Of a DNA stretch of 64,000 nt, positions 1 through 12,104 are shown one piece after another. The notes under the pieces were generated by a model. The model had not been told where the DNA came from, searched no databases, and worked only from the letters and a program-made list of their open reading frames with translations. The position numbers and the translations under genes are program-made. This DNA is from Lingula anatina (lineage: Eukaryota > Animalia > Brachiopoda). The stretch's first letter is position 1. Every line of letters starts with the position of its first letter. The stretch spans positions 23,892,534 through 23,956,533 of the forward strand of contig CM120644.1 of the NCBI GenBank assembly GCA_051362555.1. Reading direction: 5' to 3'.

Positions 1-1163
1 AGTTGTGAAATACAACTTCTTGTTGTGTTTACAGTCTTATCATAAACACTAATTACATGTATGTAGGCTACAATGTGCATCTCTAATTATGTGTAACATA
101 GCATTGCGTTATTAAGATTTACAAAGAATGCACTAGGAGTTATCAAGTGGGGTTATTACCTTATTTCATTTCTTAAACGGTTTTATAAATTGAAAAGGGA
201 CTCAGATTATATTTGCTGTCACTATTAAATAATTTTCCATTTACTTGCTGGTGATCTTGTATCAACTTTAATGAGTGGTGTTTTACTAGAAAAAGGTCTC
301 TTGGTCTGTTGTATACATTGGGCATTGAAGAATAAAGTGGTCCTCATTTTCAGTCACCCCTTGGGTACAGGCGATAGAATCTTTTACACCGTTCATTTTC
401 CGGGTGGTGTACCGTCCACTTTCTGTTTGTAGATTATGATCACCAATACTTAGTTTAGTTAGGACTGATTAATTGTCGTTATTTGTACGACGTTGCATCA
501 AGCAAGGGTGCTCCTTCACAAGCTTGGTTAAGCATTTACATCTTACTGTTGGATTTAAGTTTGCTATTGCTCACTTGGGTGTTGTGGCCTATTTGTCTCT
601 GCAGTAAAATCTTGTTTACATTTTTAGAGGTGACTGACACAATAAACCACACAACCCCATGGTCAAATGTAAAGAGGAATGTTTGAATCCCCTTGGGGCA
701 CGACATGGGGCGTGGACTGTAGTTAGAACACAGGGTGTCAGCTAGTGATCTCATATATCTATATGCCTGTTTCATGAATGCGTCGTCAGATATTTACATA
801 ATCTTGTTCCAGATATTGACAGAAGCATACCGGATTGTAATAAAGAGGGGAAGGCGGCCTAACTCAGTGTACACATCATTGTTTGATGCGTTTCACTGGA
901 GTCCAATGACTTGAACTCAAATGATATGGCTGACTGTATAACAAATGCAAAATGACTAAGCTGTTACACTAATATTTTACACGCTTTATTCCAGGTTGAT
1001 TTTTATAACCAAGCATATGAACAGTTTATTCAAGCAGAACATGTAAAACACATGTTTACCAATTTTAAATTTTACATGCTGTAGATAATAAGACATCATA
1101 ATTTACCAAACAAGGCCTATAATTCTTGTAGAGGTGTAATGAATACCATTTTACAATTTCCAG

Positions 1164-2771
1164 CGGGACAGTGTATAATCAGAGGGGACCCTCATTTTGT
1201 ACAATTCGATGGGAATCGCTTCCTTTCGAATGCACTCTGCAGATATTTACTGTCAGAAACCCTGGCAGGAGCAGCCGAGCATTTCAACATAACCGGAAAA
1301 TTTGTCTCCTATAAACCTGGGAGTAACAGGACCATGATCCAGCAAGTTTTGATGACAGTTCGCGGTGTGACCATTGAGATAAATACAGATGGAACAGTGA
1401 AGGTGTGTTTGAATGGGTTTAATTAACTGTTGTTACTAAAACCACCTGGATAACACACGCAAACCCTAGCAAAGTACTAATCAATGTAGAAGACGAAATA
1501 ATACGTATACGCCAAATGCCCTTTGGTCAGTGTAAATCAGAGTTCATCAAACCATTTTTCAAGTATCAATAGAACTAATACACAAAATATGCAACGGCTA
1601 CATATTGGACCATAAATCGGCCATAAAATGATAAAAATATAGGTTGCCATAAATATCAATGAATCTTTTATTATGTCCTGGATAGTTAACGGGCCATTAC
1701 TTGGTGCCTTTCCACTCCAGGTTAACGGTGCAATAATTGTTGCAACAACGACCCCACAAGACGTAGGCAGTGGCGTGATGTTGTCTCAGGACCCAGAGGG
1801 CTTTCCAAGGACTGTTGTGGAGGTGTCTGGTGTTGTGAAAGTTGAACTCACCACCCCTGTTGGCGACACAAGACGTAAAGGACATCGAGCCATCATAACC
1901 GTTCCAGGTAAAATGGCAAACATGCAGGCGCTCATATAATATCATTAACAGGGACAAAGAGGGGGTGAGGGTGGGAAAAGATAATATGTAAAAAGTGACT
2001 GAGAGGTGACTAAAATGTCCATAAAATACCACCATGTAAAAAAAATGCGTGAGCGGTTTTGAAATGTTTTACTAATTAAAACAAATTCAATTTCACATGA
2101 GGGCTCATTTGTGGGCCTCATAAGAAGCAAATGTGTTCAAGTTGTTTGAGTTTGCTGCCCATAACTTATTCCCATGGTGATTCCTTTTCAAAGGCTACTC
2201 ATTTCTCCAAAAGGTCCGAGTGAGTCTTTTTTTATCCTTTTAATGCATTGAGATGACTTATGGACTTCATTTTCGTGATTCCTACACCAGACAGGCACGT
2301 AGGAATAAATACTAGAGGATGATAATTGTTTATGTCAATATTGTAAAATTATCTAACTGCGTCACATGTTGTTCAGTTGTATTAAAATGTTTTTCTTTAC
2401 AACAGAAGCATATGCTGGGCAACTAAATGGGCTGTGTGGAGATTACGATGGTGATTCTACTGACGATGCCAACCCCTGTTCTGGAGGCCCTCCTGCAGAT
2501 TGCTTTGTGGATGACGGCAGGTAAGATATTCCCCCACTGTACCACCGCACTTTAATTATCAACACCAGGGTTGTACTTGAAAATTGACTATAGAAGTATC
2601 CATGTGTCCCTCTAAACCAATTGATTTTTTCATATAGAGTAAGACAATATGATGCCAGGAAAATGTCCAAATATGATGTTTATTTCTGCCTGTATCATAT
2701 TATGATATTCAAAAGACATATTTTCTTTTGAATACAAGTTTTACTTTGTTCATTTAAGTTGCGGAGCCTAG
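1164..2771 (+). CDS. VWD (von Willebrand factor type D) domain secreted protein, 3' exons only (1164-1402, 1721-1907, 2406-2520, 2759-2771); 5' end not identified in the window
   Basis: Exons have canonical AG/GT boundaries and compatible phases (1/0/1/2). Spliced translation: AGQCIIRGDPHFVQFDGNRF...CRYLL...GTVK|VNG...AIITVP|EAYAGQLNGLCGDYDGDSTDD...CFVDDG|SCGA*. It contains the VWD signatures C-x3-GDPH-x3-FDG and GLCGxYDG. The last mini-exon is inferred from a polypyrimidine tract plus AG at 2757-2758. Confidence 0.88.
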
Positions 2772-3571
2772 AAGGAGACAAGACTATAAACACCATCATC
2801 CAGCAGAGTAAAACAAAGCCAAGAACAATAGAACGATTTACAGTCAAGATCTTAAAAAGTATAGGGTGGCGATTATTGATCAAATTGGGTTTTATCTTAT
2901 TATATCTTAATTAATTGTACTCTACCTGTATTTAATCAATATTAATGGGTATCGTGCACTTTTATCCTAAGGTTAAAATAACCAGTTTTAAATAACGGTG
3001 AAATGCAGGTCTATATTTACAACTACAAATGAGAGCTTTTCTTTGTTTTTTAATTGCAAAATGTCAGGTAAATTTCCTTTAACTAAATTGTTATAATTGA
3101 TAGCTTGAATGAAAACTGCACTTTGCTTTTAGATAACATGCTGCATATACTTTAATTGATTTTTTTCATATATCTGCATACCAAATGTGCTGCATTATTA
3201 TTACTTGGAACTATTCAACAGACTTATGTGGTTATCATTCATTCACTTTAATCTGTTAGTGTTATTTCTCACCAAGGTGATGACGAATTATCTCGTTTGT
3301 TTAGACTTCAATGAAATGAAAAAAAAAAAGAACTTGTAGCTAATTCACATTAATAATTTGGAAAATAATTTAAAAACAGCGATGATGCTTTAGAATATTT
3401 TGTTCAAATACTATTACTGCATCGTGTTGTGTAATTAGAGGGACAGTACAAGTAAAAAGTCACAGGAATCATATTTAAATTAAATTTTATTTTAATTGTG
3501 TGTTTTGGAATATTTATATTTCGATGTAACAATCTTTTAAAATTTATGCAAACATCATGTTAATTGGAGTC

Positions 3572-4035
3572 TGTTGCGGATCCCACATCAAACAAACAAA
3601 CAAATGACGGGAAATGTTCACACTTTATTTCACGCACACTGACATGGATATGGTGAAACTAAAAATAACAAAATAATGAAATATAAATACCAAACTAATT
3701 ATACAAAATACACAAATATAACATAAATTGAATACAAATATAAAAAGAAATAATAAATTAATTATAAGAAACGGAAATGTTGTGCAAATGATTAACAATA
3801 GAATTGAATACAATACGTACAGAGAAATGTGGCTTTCCCGTCCAAATGTTGATCCACAAATTTTGCCTACTAAAACTTCAGACTCGGCGACCTGAGCCTT
3901 CGCTCGTCAAATACAACGTGGCCGCGCCCAGAACTGCTGCATACAGTATATATACAGAGTAAATGATTTGCATAATAATACAAAGCTGACTAGTGATACG
4001 ATTGTAAACGCAAATTGTTGTCATAAGCGACAACA
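3572..4035 (-). repeat. 3' LTR of BEL/Pao element
   Basis: 464-bp direct repeat of 9545-10008; the only difference I see is T3605 vs C9578. Confidence 0.96.
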
Positions 4036-4190
4036 CTCCCACTTAAACAAACAAAAAAAAAAAAAAAAAAAAATTATTTGTACAAACACACAAAAAAAAA
4101 AAACATTTATCTACCTCACTATATACTCAAACAAACACATATTCACTATATTATCTGTCACAAACAAACAAACAAAAATAAACAATATTG

Positions 4191-4364
4191 CTTATTCTTA
4201 TTCAAATTTACTTACAATTTATTGTTTAAACAATGCCACTTAAACAATATTGTAACAATATAATACATATCTTTATAGTCTACTTATTCTTATTCAAATT
4301 TACTTACAATTTATTGTTTAAATAATGTCACTTAAACAATATTGTAACAATATAACACATATCT
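4191..4364. repeat. ~90-bp tandem duplication in the 3' UTR of the BEL/Pao element
   Basis: cttattcttattcaaatttacttacaatttattgtttaaa...cacttaaacaatattgtaacaatataa.acatatctt occurs twice (about 4191-4274 and 4281-4364). Confidence 0.85.
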
Positions 4365-7300
4365 TAACAGTCTCCCTCTAAAAATACTAATTTTGTGATG
4401 GGTCTATTATAGCGAGACGATTTAGTACGAACCGTCGCGCTACGCACTAAGCTATCTCTCCCAATCTTAACATTTTCTACTACAGCTAGAGGCCATGAAC
4501 CACGGGGCATAGAAGCATCAACAATAAGGACAAGGTCCCCCCTCTTTAAATTTCGCTTGATCTCCCGCCACTTGGGTCTAGACTGAAGCAAAGACAAATA
4601 TTCCCTAGTCCATCGCTTCCAGAACTGGGAAACAAGAAATTGACAATGTCTCCACAACCGTCTATACGCATCTGCTATTTCAAAATCACCCCAAGGAAGA
4701 GAGGGATTGTTACGGAGTAGTAACAGATGGTTAGGAGTAAGAGCGTCACAGTCATTTGAGTCAGTGCTGACTTTTGTCATGGGTCTTCCATTTATAATGC
4801 TTTCGCACTCACATAAAATTGTTTGTAATACCCAATCAGATAATGACTTGGTAGACACATTTGACAACAGTGCTGTCAGGATTTTTCTGACAGTTCTTAT
4901 CATGCGTTCCCAGATCCCTCCATGATGGGATGCATGTGGGGGGTTAAAATTCCACTCGACGCCTCTGCGTCTTGTTTCCCGAAGTATTTTACTCTTGTCA
5001 AGCTGACGTAAGCTTCGCGCTAGCTCACTTTGAGCACCAATAAAATTCGTGGCATTGTCACTATAAAGTTTGGAAGGACATCCTCTTCTCGCGACAAAAC
5101 GGAAAAACCCATTGAGAAACGCGTCGGTACTCAAATTTTCCAACACCTCAATATGCAACGCCCGTGTTTTGAAGCAAGTAAAAATGCATCCATAACGCTT
5201 TACGTCAGAACGTCCTACTTTCACAACAAGGGGCCCGAAAATATCGATGCCGACAATATCAAAAGGAGCCCCCCCTGCGCTACACCTGTCCTCGGGCAAA
5301 TCCGCCATTTTCTGCGACATAGGTAACGCGTAGAGCTTTTTGCAGATTATGCAGTTTTTGACGATTTTCCTCACCAAATTTCTTCCATCGACTATCCAGT
5401 ATTTCCGCCGGACAATACTATGGGTCCACTCAGTTCCCATATGTGCTCCACCGTGAAAGTCGCGAATGATTGAAGAGCAAATTTTGTGAGATCTGGGCAA
5501 AATGGGGGGCTGTTTACATGCTAATGATGAATGAATAAGCCGACCGCCAACAACTAAAATCCCGTCCTTCACAATAGGAGATAACTTGTAGATTGCACTC
5601 GATCGCGAAATAACGCCGGACTCACTCAAAGATTGAATTTCACGACCGAATACTTCGCTTTGGACTGCTCTGAAAATGGAATCTTCAGCTTCTTTCAACT
5701 CGGATGCCGTTACGTTCGTTTTTATGATGTCTTTTCCACGAAGATGTCTTTTGAATCGTAAAAGCCACGCCACAGCTTTGCAAAGCTTGTAAAAACTGGA
5801 ATAATGATTCCATAACTTTTGTAAAGGTGAGACATCTCTTTCGGATACAGCTTCCTCAAGTTGTTCACTGACAGTGCATGTGTGGATTTCAAGATCATTA
5901 GAAATGTCCCGAGAAGACTTTGGGCAGGACCATTTTGATCTGAATTCCGATAAAAACGCGGGACCGTTCATCCAAATTTCAGGCATTTCATCAACATTGC
6001 TTCCTCGCGATAAAATATCGGCTGGATTGGATTTGCCGGGAATCCGTCGCCATTGTTGCTCACTGGTATTTTGTCTTATGTAAGACACCCTATTTGCCAC
6101 GAACGTTTTGAAACGCGTAGTTTCATTTGCAATATAAGCCAACGCGACCTCACTATCACTCCAAAATGTAGTAGGCAACAAAGATACATCCATTTCTTCG
6201 CGGATTAACCGATCAAGGTCAACAGCGACAACACATGCAGTAAGTTCCAGTCTCGGTATAGTGACTTGCTTTAAAGGCGCTAATCTGCTTTTAGCTACCA
6301 ATAACGCAATACGGATTTTGCCATCACTACAGACTGATCGAAGGTATGCACAAGCTCCGTAAGCCTTTTCACTAGCATCACAAAAAATATGCACCTCGGA
6401 AGCATAACTCGTCTCCGAAATAACACACCTTGGAAAATGAAGAGTGTGTAAATCTTTCAAAGATTCAATCCAACGTTGCCATTCAAGACTCAAGTCACCA
6501 GGCACCGGTGTGTCCCATCCTTCGCGCAACCGCGTTACCTTTTGAAATATCATTTTACCGCGTGTGATGACAGGAGATATCAATCCAAGAGGATCATACA
6601 TCGAGGCAACTGTACTGAGAATGATACGCTTGGTAACAATCGCGCTTTCTTTGAGTCTGAAGATGTAATAGAAATAATCAGGCATGACTTCCCATTTAAT
6701 CCCGAGAGCTTTTGCATGAGAATCGAACGCTAATTCTTTCACCTCTTTAGCTCTGTCATCAACAGGAATAGCTTTATTTAATTCGAAGTCATTTACTACG
6801 AATTGAGTGAGATCGAATCCGCCGCGGCTCACCGCGCGTTTTGTGCCTTCAATGACCTCACGAGCCTCTTTTCTGGTTTTCACGGATTTGAGCAAATCAT
6901 CGACATAAAAAGATTTCAACACGGTGTTTCTGATCAATTCTGTGACTTCATGGTCTTTTACTGTGCGTCTTAGAGCATAACAGCTTGCGCTCCCTGACCA
7001 CTTTCCACCAAACAAATGGACGCGCATGCGATAGTGAACAAGATTTTCCCCGTCGCGCCATAAGAATCTGAGCGAATTTCTATCGCATTCGGGCACCATA
7101 ACTTGATAGTACATGGCCTTGATGTCCGCCATTATCGCGTATTTATGTTGACGAAATCGTAACAAAATACCTAACAGCTTGTTTATGAAATCTGGGCCTT
7201 GTTTGGTCTGAGAATTTAGACTAACACCCTGACATTTGCACGCACAATCATAAACAACTCGCAATTTCTCAGGTTTTGAGGGATTCAAAACATGTCTGTG

Positions 7301-9469
7301 CGGAATATACCACACTGTGCCGTCGCGCAGATCAATTTCATCATCTGGGACTTTCTCAACATAACTATCGGAAATCAAATCCAATATGTTGTCGTGATAT
7401 TTTTCGTATAACCCGTCTTTCTCCAGCTTACGTTCTAAACTGTGTAAGCGGTTGATCGCCACGTTCTTGTTATACGGAAATTTCGGACACCCTGTTTTCC
7501 ACGGTATCGGTAACACGTAATGACCGTTCTCCTCACTAACAGTCGATTCCCACAGGGCCAAAACTTCTCCATCTTCTTGCGAGAAAGAAACCGCGCTCTC
7601 ATTTTCGAGTCGCCATAAATTCTTAATATTTTCTTCAACCGAGAGAAAATTGACTGAAATGTCAGATGCCAACTTTTCATTCAACGGACCGTTCAATGTC
7701 CAACCTAAGCGCGAACGAGACGCGTAAAGTTTCAAATTTCCGCTTTCATCGCAACGTGTTTCTAACGGCATGATCAAATGCGCGTTGTCCATTCCAATAA
7801 TAATATCTGCGTGACCCGATCCTGTGTTACTGAAAGGTATATCTTTCAAATACGGATACGCATCAGTGTTAACTCGCGAATTCGCTCGCACACGAATTTG
7901 TGGGATAACTAACACATTTGACAAACAATAGGAGACATTCAAATCATGAACAGGTGACACCTGAAATGACACAACGTGAGATTTTGTACTTTGTGAACAA
8001 CTCAACGTGTTCATTTGATAATTCAAGCTTTGTGAGTGTTTGAGAGAAAGTTCATTTGCAAGACGTTCAGAAATAAATGTTGAAGTAGAACCATTGTCCA
8101 AAAGAGCGGAGGCTATCACGTGTCCGTTTACTCTGACGGACACAATGGGCAGATTCACATGATTGGAATTAGAGTGAACACTAGCGTTCGTCACGGTGTC
8201 TGAAATGCCGTTACTTGCGGTTTTGGAGGACGACTTCTCACTTTGACCGAAATGAATAAACTTTGAGTGTTTACGTCCACAACCTGGCACAGTACACACA
8301 GTATTTTTCCGACAATCTTTAGCAAAATGTCCAGCTGAAAAACAATTGTGACATAAGCGATTTTGCTTTATGATATCAAAACGAGCTTGAACGCTTTTTG
8401 CCTTGAAGACCTCACAATGAAACAAATCATGCGGCTGATGACAGACAACACATGGAGGGAGATCACGCTGAACAGGGGGTTCAGAAGGGGGGTCAATGGG
8501 CCCTTGGGCGGTATAGGTAAAAGTACTAGATGACTTACGGCCAGGATGATATACAGGACTGTCCCCATAAACCGGGTCATTGGCCTCTGTTGCTTGTTGT
8601 GACACAAAATCTACAAATTGTGAGAATGTGGGATACCTTTTCTCAACACTTTTGATTTTGAGTGCTTTATGTCGCCATTTGTCTACTATCTTTACTCTAC
8701 ACCTTTTCACAATATCTAAGATTGTTTTTTGATTCTCAACCTCGCTTAGCATGTCTAACTTTTCCAAAGTGACACTAGCAACTTGCAAATCATCTGCCAA
8801 TTTTTGTAATTCATCTGGCGTATTTACAGTTTTGCCTGATTTGAGATCATTAATAATTCGCTGGGCTACTAAGTGATCATTACCAAATCTGGCCTTCAAA
8901 ATTTCCCGTGCTTTATCATAACCCGATTCACCAATTAAAACACAATTTTTTATTGCATCTTTGGCAGCACCAGACGTGTATTGCAATAACCTGGTCAACT
9001 TGACATTTTTATCATCAATTTTGCTGTCAATAGTTTCGTCAAATACTGCACAAAAGCTATAGAAATCAGATGGATTTCCAGAAAATGTGTCTATTTCTGC
9101 CTTTGCTAATGAAAGTAAATTGATAAGCTTTTGCTCAGATAATTGTTCAGATTCACTTTCTGGTTTTAGACTTTTCATGTAAGTAACACCTGCTCCAATA
9201 CCTCTTATGTAGCTATCTTGTACCTGAGAAAACCAAGCTTCACTGGTTTCAATGTCAGAGTCAGTTTCAAGTAGAGAATGATACGCATCATGACAGTTTT
9301 CAAAGCTTGTAAACACTTCTTTCAACTTACTAACGTTTGCGTCGACAGTCTTTGGTTCATCCGCGGCTATAGCACGCTCTATCACCCCAATCACTCGTGT
9401 AACAGCGCCCTTCCGTGCCCTACGTGCGAGTCGCAGCTTCTCGATTTCTTGATCCTTGCTTTCACTCAT
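4364..9469 (-). CDS. BEL/Pao Gag-Pol polyprotein (Gag with Cys/His knuckles, aspartic protease, RT, RNase H, integrase), 1701 aa
   Basis: Uninterrupted ORF. Motifs in PR-RT-RH-IN order: CVVC..H...C / CHNC...GH...C / CTVPGC.RKHSKFIH knuckles, LLDNGS protease, FYVDD RT, IFCDASEKAYG and SRLAPLK..TIPRLEL (Pao RNase H), H-H-C-C zinc motif, GIDIFGP / SDNATNF / GGIWERMI integrase core, FWKRW..EYL..LQ.R.KW C-terminal domain. Confidence 0.97.
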   Translation of the reverse strand: MSESKDQEIEKLRLARRARKGAVTRVIGVIERAIAADEPKTVDANVSKLKEVFTSFENCHDAYHSLLETDSDIETSEAWFSQVQDSYIRGIGAGVTYMKSLKPESESEQLSEQKLINLLSLAKAEIDTFSGNPSDFYSFCAVFDETIDSKIDDKNVKLTRLLQYTSGAAKDAIKNCVLIGESGYDKAREILKARFGNDHLVAQRIINDLKSGKTVNTPDELQKLADDLQVASVTLEKLDMLSEVENQKTILDIVKRCRVKIVDKWRHKALKIKSVEKRYPTFSQFVDFVSQQATEANDPVYGDSPVYHPGRKSSSTFTYTAQGPIDPPSEPPVQRDLPPCVVCHQPHDLFHCEVFKAKSVQARFDIIKQNRLCHNCFSAGHFAKDCRKNTVCTVPGCGRKHSKFIHFGQSEKSSSKTASNGISDTVTNASVHSNSNHVNLPIVSVRVNGHVIASALLDNGSTSTFISERLANELSLKHSQSLNYQMNTLSCSQSTKSHVVSFQVSPVHDLNVSYCLSNVLVIPQIRVRANSRVNTDAYPYLKDIPFSNTGSGHADIIIGMDNAHLIMPLETRCDESGNLKLYASRSRLGWTLNGPLNEKLASDISVNFLSVEENIKNLWRLENESAVSFSQEDGEVLALWESTVSEENGHYVLPIPWKTGCPKFPYNKNVAINRLHSLERKLEKDGLYEKYHDNILDLISDSYVEKVPDDEIDLRDGTVWYIPHRHVLNPSKPEKLRVVYDCACKCQGVSLNSQTKQGPDFINKLLGILLRFRQHKYAIMADIKAMYYQVMVPECDRNSLRFLWRDGENLVHYRMRVHLFGGKWSGSASCYALRRTVKDHEVTELIRNTVLKSFYVDDLLKSVKTRKEAREVIEGTKRAVSRGGFDLTQFVVNDFELNKAIPVDDRAKEVKELAFDSHAKALGIKWEVMPDYFYYIFRLKESAIVTKRIILSTVASMYDPLGLISPVITRGKMIFQKVTRLREGWDTPVPGDLSLEWQRWIESLKDLHTLHFPRCVISETSYASEVHIFCDASEKAYGACAYLRSVCSDGKIRIALLVAKSRLAPLKQVTIPRLELTACVVAVDLDRLIREEMDVSLLPTTFWSDSEVALAYIANETTRFKTFVANRVSYIRQNTSEQQWRRIPGKSNPADILSRGSNVDEMPEIWMNGPAFLSEFRSKWSCPKSSRDISNDLEIHTCTVSEQLEEAVSERDVSPLQKLWNHYSSFYKLCKAVAWLLRFKRHLRGKDIIKTNVTASELKEAEDSIFRAVQSEVFGREIQSLSESGVISRSSAIYKLSPIVKDGILVVGGRLIHSSLACKQPPILPRSHKICSSIIRDFHGGAHMGTEWTHSIVRRKYWIVDGRNLVRKIVKNCIICKKLYALPMSQKMADLPEDRCSAGGAPFDIVGIDIFGPLVVKVGRSDVKRYGCIFTCFKTRALHIEVLENLSTDAFLNGFFRFVARRGCPSKLYSDNATNFIGAQSELARSLRQLDKSKILRETRRRGVEWNFNPPHASHHGGIWERMIRTVRKILTALLSNVSTKSLSDWVLQTILCECESIINGRPMTKVSTDSNDCDALTPNHLLLLRNNPSLPWGDFEIADAYRRLWRHCQFLVSQFWKRWTREYLSLLQSRPKWREIKRNLKRGDLVLIVDASMPRGSWPLAVVENVKIGRDSLVRSATVRTKSSRYNRPITKLVFLEGDC

Positions 9470-9544
9470 ATTGTAGTTTCTTACATGGAGATGGTGTCGT
9501 CTTAGGGGAATTCAGTTGTCCAATGTCTAGATTTCTCTTTTCAC

Positions 9545-10008
9545 TGTTGCGGATCCCACATCAAACAAACAAACAAACGACGGGAAATGTTCACACTTTA
9601 TTTCACGCACACTGACATGGATATGGTGAAACTAAAAATAACAAAATAATGAAATATAAATACCAAACTAATTATACAAAATACACAAATATAACATAAA
9701 TTGAATACAAATATAAAAAGAAATAATAAATTAATTATAAGAAACGGAAATGTTGTGCAAATGATTAACAATAGAATTGAATACAATACGTACAGAGAAA
9801 TGTGGCTTTCCCGTCCAAATGTTGATCCACAAATTTTGCCTACTAAAACTTCAGACTCGGCGACCTGAGCCTTCGCTCGTCAAATACAACGTGGCCGCGC
9901 CCAGAACTGCTGCATACAGTATATATACAGAGTAAATGATTTGCATAATAATACAAAGCTGACTAGTGATACGATTGTAAACGCAAATTGTTGTCATAAG
10001 CGACAACA
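9545..10008 (-). repeat. 5' LTR of BEL/Pao element
   Basis: 464-bp direct repeat of 3572-4035. On the - strand it contains TATATATA, AATAAA and an ATGCAAAT octamer. Confidence 0.96.
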
Positions 10009-12104
10009 GAGTCCTTCTTTACTTTAATTCTGTTTTTGGATGCACCTGTAGTAATCCGGGAACATGTTAAATTTTCATGTTAATTGGTGGTATCTTAATT
10101 ACTATAATTGTGAGTTTTGGTATATTTCAATATAGCTATCTGGGAAGATATTAATACTATTTAATATTTATTGGGGTTCTTTTCATTTTAATTGTTTGTT
10201 TTGGGATATTTTAGCGTAGAAATCTTGGAAGATATTGTGAAAAGATGGAAATAAAAATGGTGATGGAACAGCTTTGCATTTCTTCTTTCATTACACATAT
10301 TTTTTTATAACAAATTGTGCGAGAACACAAAAAATAATGATTAATTCACACCAAGTTTACTAAGTAAAAAATATGCTTAGGATAAATGAACAGGTACTCA
10401 CTCATTCTGTTCATCATATTTTTACCTAAATATTTGCTCACATTTAAAATATCGCTCAGTCATATTTACCAAATATTTTCTTGCTAATTTTTCCAATTTT
10501 AAATTTATAATTTAGACTTCAAAAACGTTTAAACCCTTGATGTTGTTATTACCTTATCAGCCTCGATGGTAACCAACGTATCTTGCATCTTGAAGAAAAA
10601 AAAAGCGTGTATATTATGCACAATACCAAGCGGCGTTCGAGCGTCTGAGTTGCCCTGTTTTAAATTCCCCACTAAGTTTGAGGCACGTACAAAAATCTGA
10701 CACAAATCTTAAGAACTTACCTTGATACATTTTGAGAGATTTAAAAAACTTCCGTGCGGCTTTAAACAAGGTGGGTGCACCTGACACACTGACAAAATGA
10801 GGCCCAATCGGATTCTAAGGAAAAAAATTCTGAAGTAAGGTGATGCAAACCCTCAATGCTGACAAAAAAAGATGCAACCAAGTGTGCATGTGTAGATGTC
10901 GGAGGCAGAAAATTAAATACGCACGCGTGCCGGGAGAGGGGTGCTACGGGCTACTATGCATACTATAAGTTTATGCAATGATATGTCACTGGCCAACACC
11001 ACAGCCATTCGATGCCCAACTTCAAGAACGTGATTTTGGCCTTTACGCCCGATCACCCCGTTTCAATTTTCATCCGAGCAATGTGGTATTTTGTTGTGGT
11101 TATATCCCCCATCTTTCTGCTACCTCAAATGTTACTTCCTAACTAGTTTTCTAGCTGAATTGCATTCAGTTGAGAAAAAGGCGATAGCTACTAGTGTGAT
11201 AGTTGAGACGTAGATTTAGAGCGACAAATGGGTTAATGCTAACACAATGACATCGGGTCAGAAAAGGATAAACGGCACAAGCTTATCAGTTCATCGATAT
11301 ATATAATTGAAAAGAGAGACGCCTTTTTTAATTCAAAAGGAACGCTTAGCAAAATTCGCAACGTGTCTTCCGGTGTAATGCAAGTGTAAATTAAACCAAA
11401 TGTTTCTTTACCATTATATTCAACTTGTCGCTGTTGGTCGTGTTTAAAGGAAGTAATCGAAGGAAATGATCGATATAGAATAAAAACGAGACATTGCCTG
11501 TAATGCAAGACTAAAAAGAGCGAGCATCTAATATATAATGTGAGGTGGCGCAAATCTTTGACAACAATGAAGGAACTATGTCCGCCGAGTAAAAAACTTC
11601 ACAAAGCAGAACAAAAGTAAGACACAAAACACAGTTCATAAGTACTGCTGTGCAAAAGCCAGTGACAAAAAGACTGTTAATGTAGGAAAAACAACGAAAA
11701 TAAGTATTATGAGTGCTATCATTATTTCTCATGAAATCTCACTTGATAAAACGTTAGCACGTGAGACATGTGATTGTCTAGTGTGATTCCAATTACACAC
11801 CGATCTTCCTTAATTAAAAAAATGGGGATTACAGAAAACATTAAGGAACAAAAGCTCTGTCATTAACCTTTTTCCGACATCTGTTCACCTCTTCGTTTAC
11901 AGGCGTTAACCCCACATATACAGTTCATATCTCTCTTACCCCAAAGGCTCAGAACCGCATATATGCGTATCTTAGTAATATCTTTTTTTTTCTTCTTTGA
12001 GCAGTTATTTATAAAATGGTTAAGACGTTTATTTCGATCTCTTTTTTTTTTTTTTTTTTTTTTTTGCCCTTATTTGAGCTATTTTCTGGAATGATAACAT
12101 GTAA

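Larger units (their letters stand above)
3572..10008 (-). mobile_element. Full-length BEL/Pao LTR retrotransposon
   Basis: Direct repeats 3572-4035 and 9545-10008 (464 bp each, TGTTG...CAACA ends). 5-bp TSD GAGTC at 3567-3571 and 10009-10013. Purine tract (AAGTGGGAG on - strand) abuts the 3' LTR. Single long Gag-Pol ORF. Confidence 0.97.

Noticed and set aside
3625-3813. 62-aa hydrophobic ORF duplicated at 9598-9786
   Set aside because: It is T-rich LTR sequence with a non-ATG start; the duplication only reflects the LTRs and is not an env or membrane gene.
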